Shown one piece after another: positions 47,013 to 59,036 of a stretch of 64,000 nt of DNA. Below the pieces are notes generated by a model. The model was given only the letters and a program-made list of their open reading frames with translations. It was not told the DNA's origin and made no database searches. Made by a program: the position numbers and the translations under genes. The DNA comes from Octopus sinensis. Lineage: Eukaryota. The number at the start of each line of letters is the position of its first letter. The first letter of the stretch is position 1. The DNA lies in assembly GCF_006345805.1 (NCBI RefSeq), contig NC_043017.1, positions 14,136,001-14,200,000 of the forward strand, read 5' to 3'.

Positions 47013-47350
47013 CATACATATACATATATATATATTATATATACATACATATACATATATATATACATACACATACATATATATATATATACATATACAT
47101 ATATATATATATATACATACATATACATACATATATATATACATACATATACACATATATATATATACATACATATACACATATATATATATACATACAT
47201 ATACACATATATATATATACATACATATACACATATATATATATACATACATATACACATATATATATACATATATATATACATATATATATACACATAT
47301 ACATATATATATATACATATACATATATACATATATATATATATATACAT

Positions 47351-47386
<36 letters not shown>

Positions 47387-47610
47387 ATGTATACATATGC
47401 ATATATATATATATATAAATGTATACATATGCATATATATATAAGTATATATAAATGTATACACACACACACACACATTTACTCACACACACATATCTAT
47501 GAAAAGCCAGATTTGGCAAACCACTGATGTTAGTCACCTTATAAAAAATATATATGCACTCACACACATATATATTCATACATGCATACATATATAAGTG
47601 CATGTGTATG

Positions 47611-47642
<32 letters not shown>

Positions 47643-47664
47643 TATACATATGTATTATATATGT

Positions 47665-47704
<40 letters not shown>

Positions 47705-47960
47705 GCACACACATATATACATTTATATATATATATACATACTACTCAATATATGCATGTATTATATAAGTGTACATATGTGTGTGTGTGTATTAATGTA
47801 TATGTGTATAATACGTAAATACATACACACATATACACATTATATATGTCTGTGTACACATTGTGTATGTTTGCACACACATTACAGTACAAATACACAC
47901 ACACACACACATATATTTAGCGTATGCTATATATATGTATAACAAAAATATCAACACATA
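46890..47960. repeat. ~1-kb compound TA/CA microsatellite field
   Basis: Direct reading; produces spurious YI/CV-rich ORFs. Confidence 0.95.
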
Positions 47961-48827
47961 TCAACTATATCCATTTATGTATGTATGATATACAATAATA
48001 TGTATATAATGTACATAAATGGGAGAACATATACAAATATTGTTTGTGTGTGAATACATATATACATTTCTAATGATCACGCAACTTATAGAGACTGGTA
48101 ATTCAGCAGCAAATATAGTAGTAGTAGTAGTATTAGTAGTAGTAATTGAAAATAAAAGATCTTTAAGAAAAAAAAGTTATTTAAATAAAATTGTCTACAT
48201 CTTTGATAATTATCTAGATGTCCTTTTTTTTTCTACAGAATATTTATTTCGTATCTACATTTCTACAGATCCAACTAGAATTATTTGGTAATGGATTTCT
48301 TAAAAATTTTGTTATATTTTTTTTGCCCCTACCATAAATGATAAATATACCTAAATAAAGATAAAAATAAATAGCAATTTCAATAAATTTGCTGAATTGA
48401 AAAAGTGATAGAGTTTCTAGTGTAACATTTATGATAACATTTCATGTTTTAGCTGTATGGTTTCTAATAGCTTCACCCCATGCAATATGAGCAACAATAG
48501 AACTCAACATGTATATATGACTGAACATCTCTGATGAGCCAGTTCCTAACATAATGTCATATCACAGATATTGTCCAACCGCACAATTCTCACCTTTCTT
48601 CAAAGGCTTCAACAGCCATCACACAATTCAAACAGGTTGGAACATTTTGTATAAATCAAAAATAATTTTTCTTCAATAAAAGATCTTTGAGGGTCAATGT
48701 TATATCTTCCTTTCTTTTAAACCAAAAAAAAATAGACATTTTTATTTAATAATATAAAATAATTCTTTCAATTTCTCCCACTACAATTTAGATACAATAA
48801 TATTGCTTGGAACTTTAGGAAGCGAAC

Positions 48828-48868
48828 ATTATTATTATTACTATTATTATAATTATCATTATTATTAC

Positions 48869-48912
<44 letters not shown>

Positions 48913-48913
48913 T
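48828..48913. repeat. (ATT)n microsatellite
   Basis: Direct reading. Confidence 0.93.
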
Positions 48914-49142
48914 GAAACTTTCCCATATATGACGTGTATAAAATTAAATTCTATTAACTCTAAATGTAGATGTGACTGAATGGCTGAGAAGTTCGTTTCA
49001 TGATCAAGTAATTCCATTCCTCAGAGCAGCAGCACTTTGGACAAGTTTCATGCACCATAGCATTAGATTGACCAATACCATATTAGCATTTGCTAGACAG
49101 AAGCTGTGAAGAAGATCACTATATACATACATACATACATAC

Positions 49143-49198
<56 letters not shown>

Positions 49199-49583
49199 GG
49201 AAAGACGCATACAAATATAAAAATATATGCATGTATATATATGCACATATATATATACACACACACATATAAATATATTGGGACACACACATATACAAAT
49301 ATATATATGTATGCATGCATATATATATATATATATATTGCTGATATAAATCAGCAAAGGATATAAAATGTGTGAGAAAAGTGCAAAAGTCTACTTTTGA
49401 AGTAAAGTTACCAGCTGCTATTTATTCTGCACCAAGTTCTAGCCACTCCCTTGTTACTTACACCACCAGAAATACAGTGAACCAGCGATTGGTCCATGGA
49501 GATCTGTAATCAATATGAGTGTTCATAAATTGCAATATGAAATAAATAAAAAGAACTAATTATTTCTAAAATGAAATCAAAAG

Positions 49584-49698
49584 TAAAGAGAGAGAGAGAG
49601 AGAGAGGGAGAAAGAGAGAGAGAGGGAGTGAGAGAGAGAGAAAGAGAGGAGTGAGAGAGAGAAAGAGAGAGAGAGAGAGGGAGAAAGAGAAAGAGAGA

Positions 49699-49743
<45 letters not shown>
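49584..49743. repeat. Imperfect (GA)n polypurine tract
   Basis: Direct reading. Confidence 0.93.
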
Positions 49744-52732
49744 CATAAGGTCTGTTGAGGTGAAAAGATTTACTCAAGTGGCAGGATTGTGGATGAAAAA
49801 TGAAATGAAATTTTAAAAAAGCCTCTACTTAAATAACGAAAGTATTTTCACATTGATTCAGTCTCCCTTATTCAATTACTAAACAGTTTCTACATGATCC
49901 ACTAATTGCTTACTCAGATAAAAAAATGGTAAGTATCTATAACTATCTAGTAGTAGTAGTAAGAACAAGAACAACTACAATTTGTAACAACTAACCTTCA
50001 ACTGGAATTTGAATATATATGTGTGCGTGCAAGTGTTATGGTAACTTGTATGTACGTATGAGGGTGTATACATGCATGTGTACACATATATACATCCTTG
50101 TGTGTATATGTATACATGCATACACACACATGCACACACACACACACACACAGAAAATTAACTTCACGTCAGTAATACTTGCTAAAGTAGTTAAAACTTG
50201 ATAAATGTAGGTTTACAGATTATTTCATTCATTTTGGATAAGCTAGAACAGCTATCAGATATCTGGAATATTATTTCAATCTGTAGAGTATTCACTGGTC
50301 TGGAATGACAGTCACCTAAATGAAATTCCAGAACAGTTCATTCAGTAGAGAGCTGACAAAGTTTGTGCGATAAAGGGTCCTGTTTCACAGTTTGCTTATT
50401 TCAAAAATCCCAGCTATCCCTTGATGCTAATTCAGGGTTAGGATTACTAAATGAACAAAGTTTATTTTGCAAGATGAGTCTCTGAAAGATTGACAAAGAA
50501 ATACTAAATAAAATGGCAAGAAACTGCCATATTATCTTCTGGCAGGATAAGAGAAGGCTGTGTTAAGCCAATTATTGGCTTAAATGGTAATCCCTCCACA
50601 GAGAAACAATATACTTGTTTGTTTGTTTTTTTATTTTTATTTTAATTATCCAATCTTGAAATAATCTGCTGAGAAAAAAACTTAATACAGCTATTATCAA
50701 AAATTAATATTCTTAACTTTTGTATTATTTTACCTCAATATAGAACGATGTTGAGGTCTACAGACATTATTGTCTAGCCTAAAAATAATTATGTTGTCAG
50801 GGACAATTGATAACTGATTGCTTGTTATCAAAGGTTAGATTTAAAAGATAAATAAATATGCTACATATATTTTATCCACTGACTAGGTACCCTGCCATCA
50901 CACAATTATTAGAAGTAACTAATCTATATTAAATAGGAGAAATATGTAATTAATCTATTAATTATATCAAATGTTTAAAAAGATCCTTGAAGTGAGTGCC
51001 ATAAAATTATGTAAAATTTGCAATGATAATTTTGATGATTCTTTATGGAAAACAAAACCTTTTGATGCAGATAAAATTCTACCTAGTTTAGTTCTGACAG
51101 CCTTGCTATTTCAGTGAAGCAAGAAATCTGTTAGAACACACACTAGCAAAAATACTAGGAATGTTTTAAAAATTAATATTTTCTTTTATTTATTAATCTT
51201 TTTTTGTTAATGTACCTCTCTGCCTGTTTTTAGTTTTAGGTACCTGTACCCTGTTTATAAAATAAACTATCAGCATGAACGATAAATAATGTGTTTAATG
51301 TTAGATGTAGTTTAAAAGTTACGTGACCAATTAGAAATGTACATTTGTATTGGAAGAAACACAAAAAAGCTGTTAAAAAAAAAACTAAGAAAAGGCAACT
51401 GCCATTATCGCAAGACTGAGGCACAGGAATAATGGTAAAACCTCTTTGTGTAATGGACACATTCACCAACTTTCTTGACAAAACAACGAAACATGGAACA
51501 GTAAATTATTTAGCACTGAAGAAGAAAAAAAATTAGAAAACAGTTTGCACAAAATGAATGGTGTGTATATGTATGTGTGTGTGTGTGTGTGTGTGGTGTG
51601 TGTGTGTGTGTGTATTTGTGATATGTGAATGGTTGTTGTAAATGTATTTCCGCCAAGTTTGACACCGTTTACCTTGTGCTAAGACTTGTGTTTTTTTATA
51701 ACACACAATTTACCTTTCCAAACGATGATCATTACAGAAAAATAACAACAACAACAACTTCTTAAAAAAATTTTTAAAATAGACAAGAATGAATAGGGAG
51801 TGGGTAGTGCCTGTATTTAAGAAATGGTGGAACCCAGAAAATAAAAAAAAATAAAAAATGATACATATTGTATATCAGGGATTTAAAAAAAAAAGATATT
51901 TTTTTAGTGTTTTTCAAGGTGAGAACTAAGATGGGTTTTAGTTTGAAGGAAAGGTGCATTGTTGATTTTTATTTAATTTTTTTTCAATAACATTTAATTT
52001 GAAAATGAGAGAAGAATGGTAACAAACTTTCAAACTTAGAATACATAGAATGTTAGGTAGCAATTAATTAAAAGAACAAACTATAATTAATTTGTTTCTT
52101 TATCATCTTTAATAATAATTTCTTCTGCTTCGGCCCAAGGCCCACATTACAAGGGGAAATGGTAGAGATTATTGACCTGTTACTAGTATTCACAGAAACA
52201 TTCACAAAGATCAATCCCACCAGGATGTGAATACTAACACAAGGTATTACCCCTAGATCAATAAACTATCTCAATCTGCATTTCCTCATCTACAACAATT
52301 CATTTAAATTAATGATAATAATAATAATAATGATCATCATCATCGTGATGATTATGGTCATAAGAGTAAATAATAGCAATAATAATTTCTTTTGATGAGG
52401 CACCATGCCAATGTTTGTAAGGAGAGGGAGAAGGAGAGCGGGAGGTATATAGTCAATTGCACCAATATTCTACTGGTACCTATTTTATTGACCCTGGAGG
52501 GATAAAAGACAAATTCAAACTTGGTTTGATTTGAAACCGAATAACAGCACACACTGAACTCAATACAGCAGAGCATTATATGGATTCCACTGTCATAATT
52601 CTCATGATAATGATAATGATGATGATTTAGATGAAAATGATTATTTTGATGAAGTTGATGGTAATGGCGATTATTTATGTGTGAAAACTCAGCTTTTTTT
52701 TTGTGAAGAGGTATTGAAAAATAGATTTCTAA

Positions 52733-52738
52733 ATAATG

Positions 52739-52784
<46 letters not shown>

Positions 52785-53111
52785 TAATAATAATAATAAT
52801 AATAATCATCATCATCATCCAGAAAGTCATCAATACAACTTAAGAACAGAAAGCATAATTAAACTGGGTACAATACCAATACTGGGTAGCAACAGAATAA
52901 CAACAGCAACAATAATAATGCTGTTGGCAGTAATAATAATAATAATAATATTGACTTTCGCAATTCAAATAACTAATTTTGTAAATGAAGAAGTGCAATT
53001 AGGTCCAGTAACCTTGGTCTGTAGAGTTATTCAGACAAGTGAAACACAGGAGCTTGGATATTCTCGTAAAGCAACAGTGACACTTTAGTAACTGAGATAT
53101 CACCACTGCCT

Positions 53112-53163
<52 letters not shown>
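52733..53163. repeat. Two (AAT)n tracts (52733-52806, 53113-53163)
   Basis: Direct reading; generate the poly-N and poly-Y ORFs. Confidence 0.9.
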
Positions 53164-53165
<2 letters not shown>

Positions 53166-54464
53166 GACACCCCAACAATTAACATTAACATTAACAATAA
53201 CAGTGATTAGATAATATTTAACATCAATATAAATTAAACAATAAGTTAATGTTTTTTTGCAAGGAAAAAAAAACAAACAAAACATTATTGGCAGGTGAGG
53301 TAGTGAAAGTAATTCTGGCTGCAAGATTTCATGACCTAATTACCTTTAATTAATTTCTTAATCACTTTGCATTTCTGATTAACTGAAGAAAACAAAGAAA
53401 AACAAAATCTTATGATTTGAATTCACTGAAACATTGCAAACTTTAATTTACCTAAAATTAAAATATTCATCATCATCATCATTATTATTATTATTATTAT
53501 TATTATATTAGTAGATGTTGCACATTATACCTGCTTAGCAGAATATAGACCCATATATCATGGTGGCTACCAACATGATCATCATCATCATCATCATCAT
53601 CATTATTGCTGATTTGGTTTTAATATCCTGTTATTTATTTTTATGAATATTTTAATTCTGTGTAGATTTGCGAATAAACATTTGGGGGCAGGGTGGGGGT
53701 AATACAAGATGGGCGTGGCTAGCTGGCAGTTGTTAACATGAGGTGGGAACGTTGGTTTCGTTTATTCTTTATTTTATTTTATTATTATTTTTTTTAAAAG
53801 CAGAAATAGCAGAACACAACTGGATTTAATTGACAACTAAGCTTAAAATTTAGAGTTGGGAGGACATATTTAGTCAAAAATGGCAGATGGAAGAAGAAAA
53901 AAAAGTTAAAAAAAAACAAAAACAATTTTGTTGTTGTTGTTATTGTTAAAGAGCGATCATTTTTGGACATGAACTTATTGATGACGTATCAATTTAACCA
54001 TTTTTAAGGATCATGTAAAAACATTTTTATCTTTATAAGACACATTAAATGTGTCACAACATTCTTCCCCATAACAAGTTACATTATCACCTGTCTCCTT
54101 TGGAGACAACCAGCTCTTTAATGCAATTTTGAATTAAAGCTTTTCTTTTTTTTTTTCTGGTTTCATTCACAGGTCTAGCACATGCAAATTTTATCAATGA
54201 TTGACACTGTGGCCAACAATTTAGATACCCAGGTACTACCAGCTAGAATCCAACATAGGGACACACTTTCAACAAGAATTAGATTTCTAAACTCATAGCA
54301 CTTGGCAAATAACTGTCCAGTAATTATTCCTGGTCACTGCCAATGACAAGTTACAAATCCAATAACAACAGTTCTGAAATCCAGTGTCTGTGGTCGTGTG
54401 AAACCACAGGTGAACTGTGCAGCAGAATACAAAAATACAATAAATTCCTAAACATCTGGTTACC

Positions 54465-55336
54465 TTAACACCAGTCATCGTCTTCATCTGAATCGTGACG
54501 AACAGGGCCACCTGTGCCATCTCCACACATGTCCAAATTTTCTGGTTTACGCTTCTTTGGTTTGAATCCATTTGGTAAAGTTTCGGTACGTCGATCTGAC
54601 ATGTGAACACTTAGAGATGGATCTTCAAAATAGCGTCCTCTGTTATTTATGCGTGGATCAAACGTTCTACTTCTGTGTGAAACATAAGGGTCTACTGCTC
54701 TACTAAAATCCCTGTTGCTAGTCCTTTGAGTAGCAGGTAAAGTTCTACTTCTTTCAGGACTTAATTTACTTAAACTATTCCTTTCTGTTGGACTATAGGG
54801 CTCTGGTCGACCAAGTCGTCCTAAAGGAGGGGCCTGTCCAACTGTAGGTCCTATTCTTGGAATGTGAGTAGGTGATGCATTTAGTCTAGGGAAGTTTATG
54901 CTACCAGGGCTCTTTGATGGCTGTGGGACAGTTGGTGATGGCATAACCCGAGGCATATTGTCACGGGGTCGAGTTTGAGCAAGGTTTAAAGTTGAAGGCT
55001 TGCTGGGAACTGCTGGTAGTTTACGAGTAGCTTTTCTTGGCTGTGTCACTGTGGGACCAGGGCTTGGACTTCTTGATCGGTCCGTTAAGTTTGCAGATCC
55101 ATAATATTCATGTTGATGTAGCATGGGTGTTGGAGTGAGATTTGGGGAAGGGCTTCTAGAACGGTTTTCTAAGGATGTAGATCTGTAGAATGTTGGCTCT
55201 TTTCTCCGAGCTGTTGGACTTGGAAGAGGTGAACCAAGTATCTGCCCCTGCTGCTGTAGTGGGGGTCTGTGACGACCACGACTTCTTCCACGCATTTGAG
55301 GAGAAGTAGGAACACTAAGGCTGTCATCGTGTTTTC
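54465..55336 (-). CDS. Cav2: Terminal coding exon of a Cav2 (P/Q/N-type, CACNA1A/B/cacophony-like) voltage-gated calcium channel alpha-1 subunit
   Basis: Ser/Pro/Arg-rich 276-aa ORF with YRSTSLENRSRSPSP, RKLPAVP, INFPRLNASPTH and TLPNGFKP, ending DSDEDDDWC-stop (Cav2 PDZ-ligand DDWC). Acceptor tttttttgtcttcctaag at 55337 keeps the frame open (KHDDSLSVPTSPQMRG...). Upstream exons not identified in window. Confidence 0.92.
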
Positions 55337-55616
55337 CTTAGGAAGACAAAAAAAAAGACAAATATTAACATTCAACAATGTAAAACAAGATTTATTGATG
55401 ACGTATCAATAACGTATCAATACATTAACTGCATCTTAAAATATATACAAAATATACCACAGTGATACACATAGATACATAAACCCAATGCATATAGCTG
55501 AAACTTCAGAAACCCTTACACAAGTTGCTCATGAGACAATTTCAGCTCCCAATAAAAGAAAATATACAAACTCAATCTTCAGTACTTTTCAACTGCGCGC
55601 ATGTGTGATATATATA

Positions 55617-56904
55617 TATGGTCATCCTATAAGTTCTGTCTGAATTTTGAATAAAGAAAACAAGTGATCAAATGTTATATTTAATTGAAATTTAATCATC
55701 AATGTACTTTCTCTGATTATCTATGACTTCCTTCCATCTATTTACAAGCTTTTTAATCCCATCAATGTAAAACTCTTTTGGTTTCAAAACAAAGAACTCT
55801 GAAATGTCAGTTTTGACTTCCTCCTGGCTTGCGAAAGTTATGTTCCCCCAAATGATTCTGTAAACTAAAAAACAAATGGTAGTCTGAAGGAGGAAGGTCG
55901 GGAAAATAAGGTGGATGAGGAATTTCTTCCCAACCAAGCTCTTCTATCTTCTGTGATGTGATCTTTGCAGTGTGGGGTCATGCATTGTCCTGATGAAACA
56001 TCACTCCTTTTCGATTCACTAAAGCGGGTCTTTTTTTCTTCAAAGCTTGGTTCAAACGCTCTAATTGCTGACAGTAGACTTGAGCATTGATTGTTGCATT
56101 AGGTGGTAACAATTCAAAGTGAATTACTCCTTTGCAATCCCACTAGATAGAGAGAAGAACCTTTTTCCCATGAAGTTCCCTTCTTGGTTGTGGTTGAGCC
56201 TTTTCCCTTTTACCAAGCCACAGTTTACGATGTTTAACATTTTGATAGAAGATCTGTTTTTCATCACCAGTCACAAGTCGATCCAAAAAGGGTGAAATGA
56301 GTTCGCGAGAATGGAGAGAAGAGCAGATGTCAACTCGGGATTTGTGGTTACTTTCGGACAATTCATGAGGTACCCATTTTCCAAGTTTTATGGACCTTTC
56401 CAAGTAGTTGAAGATGATGAATAATTATATGGTTTGAACTAAGTTTTATTGCCAATTCTTCAACTAATAATGCAGGATTTTCTTCAAGTAATGCCTCAAG
56501 GAGCTTATCATCAAACTCAACTGGACATCCTGTTCGATCTTCATCTTCAAGGCTGAAATCTCCACTTCTGAATTTTGCCAGCCATCTTCTGCAAGTTCTT
56601 TCATTCTAGCATTCTTTCCCATAAACTGAGTGAATGTTTCGAGTCGCTTCGGCTGCAGAGTTTCCATTTTTGTTCTCATAAAACATTATGTGCCTCAAAT
56701 GCTCTTTGGATACTTCCATGTTAGAAAGGGTTTTAATCGAATAAATTTTAATTCTATTATTCTGTAAAATAATATTTAATTAGTTTAAATGTACACAAAT
56801 GCATAAAAATGATTTTTAATTCCATTAGACATTCTATAAATACTATTAAATTTCATTCAATTTTAAAAAAGGTAAAATCAGACAGAACTTGTGGGATGAC
56901 TTGA
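55617..56904 (-). mobile_element. Full-length (1288 bp) decayed mariner (DD34D) transposon in the last Cav2 intron
   Basis: WVPHEL, VTGDEK, HQDNA and HPPYFPDLPPSDY motifs across frameshifted ORFs; ~30-bp TIRs (gtcatcctataagttctgtctga / tcagacagaacttgtgggatgac); TA flanks. Confidence 0.92.
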
Positions 56905-57616
56905 TACAATTATATATATATATATATAACAATGTTGATATGCAGAACCACTGCTTTTACTCATTTTTTTACTCTGCAACAGCAAATAATAGTCAAAGGA
57001 AATCCATAGCAGAGATGATTGCCAATACTACAGAAACTAAAAGATTCAGTGTTTGGTGCCAGATGCCTGTGAATAATAGTTTAACAAATGAATAAGGGAT
57101 GGAATAAAATAATCAATGGAACAGAGTCGATCGATTCCTGTTGGATGAAAGAAAGAGTGAGTGGGACTGGATTTGAACTCACAGCAGTGATACATCAAAT
57201 TAGATCCACTACTCTCAATAAACACAAGTCTTTATTATTGTCCCAAATACTCACTCCACCACTCCATTCACTCACTGATACATCAATTCCATGAAACACA
57301 CAATGTCTCACATCCATGTTCAAAAGTTTAACAATGTAACTGTAAAATGGATGAGGTTACCCTGCAGAATGTGAAGTGAGAGTAGAAGTGATGGACAAAC
57401 ACAGACACTCACACACTTTAATATAATTTCAAAGATGCCTTGCCCCATTCCATGCTGTATGTCAGATGACAAGTTATGAAGTATACCAGTGATACAGCCT
57501 AGAATCACAATATTTTAACTTACTGCTGTGTATGGTTGGTCATCAACTTATCAAATAAAACAGAACTTCTTGGATGAAATCTCTATCTTACATAATACAC
57601 ACACACACACACACAC

Positions 57617-57648
<32 letters not shown>

Positions 57649-57844
57649 GAATATATACGTGTACTGTTAAGCATGACACACAAAGTTCAGGCTGCTTCTG
57701 TGCTGAATATGTACCATGCAATAGTATTAATGAAATACAGAAAACATACATAGATGCTAGTTTATGATTTATAAAACATACACATCGAAATATATTTATG
57801 TTTTATAAAGCATAACATACATTTTCTGTACTTCATTAAAACTA

Positions 57845-59036
57845 TATACAAGGTCCATTCCAGAAGTTTTGCGCCTCTTTTTTAAGAGAGACATTGTTGT
57901 TGTAACTGTTGTAATACCATTACAACACATTTAAAAATGCTGACCTGGCAACTTTTGTTATTCCAGATGGAAGAAGCTGTAACAACAATTTGAACACATT
58001 TTACTAAATAGGCGCAGGAGTGGCTGTATGGTAAATAGCCTGATTATCAACCACATGGTTCTGGGTTCAGTCCCACTGCATGGCACCTTGCGCAAGTGTC
58101 TTCTACTATAGCCTCAGGCCGGCCAAAGCCTTGTGAGTGGATTTGGTAAACGGAAACTGAAAGAAGCCTGTCATATATATGTATATGTATATATATATGT
58201 ATGTGTGTGTGTGTTTGTCCCCCAACATCGCTTGACAACTGATGCTGGTGTGTTTACATCCCCGTAACTTAGCGGTTCAGCAAAAAAGACCGATATGATA
58301 AGTACTAGGCTTATAAAGAATAAGTCCTGGGGTCCATTTGTTTGACTAAAGGTGGTGCTCCAGCATGGCCGCAGTCAAATGACTGAAACAAGTAAAAGAG
58401 TAACTGCTTGTCACAGCTGACTAATTTTGAGACTGCAGTTGGAACCTGAACACAATACAGAATCTTGCCATACAATCAAGTTTTGTGCTAAACTGGACAA
58501 AGACGCTGAAATGCTGCAGACTGGTCATGGATTAACTTGCACAAGCCAAGCATCTATTTTTCACTGACACAAGAGGCCATGCAAAGCAAATGCATTGGGA
58601 AGCTCATGATGACCCCTTTTTTGGGTAGCAAGGGCATCATCTACATCCACTTTGTAGAGGTTTTGTGGGAATTCACAAAGAGATTTCAACTCAAAAGGGC
58701 CAGAGCACCTACACCAGGACGATGCATTAATCCACATCGGTTCCATCCTGGTAACCAACTCCTTGATAGAGATGGGCATCAAAACAGCCCCTTACCCTCC
58801 CTACAGTCCAGACATTCACCCCTCAAGCTGAAAGAAAAGATGAAGGAGACCATGACAAGGGTCCCAGACACCTTCATTTTGAAGGACTTCAATAGGGCTT
58901 TCATGAGGTGGCTGCGGTGCTACAGTGAGCATTTTGAAATCAGAAGCTCAAACTTTGAAGGACATTAGAGTTTTGTACTTCTTTGAAATTAATGTCTCTC
59001 TTGAAATAGTCTCAAAAATTCTGGAATGCATGACAT
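57845..59036 (+). mobile_element. Internally deleted mariner with a nested SINE
   Basis: Imperfect TIRs cattccagaagttttg (57856) / caaaaattctggaatg (59015); remnants KGIIYIHF, HQD and PYPPYSPD. Confidence 0.7.
58011..58403 (+). mobile_element. tRNA-derived SINE (octopus-type), best-preserved copy in window
   Basis: A-box-like tggctgtatggt, B-box-like gggttcagtccc, body ggcaagtgtcttctactatagcc...ggatttggtaaacggaaactgaaagaagcc, central (TA/TG) tract, tail gactgaaacaagtaaaagag. Confidence 0.85.

Noticed and set aside
46824-47942. Long YI/CV-rich ORFs (up to 271 aa)
   Set aside because: Translations of the TA/CA microsatellite field
52681-53324. Poly-Asn/His and poly-Tyr ORFs
   Set aside because: (AAT)n/(CAT)n microsatellites
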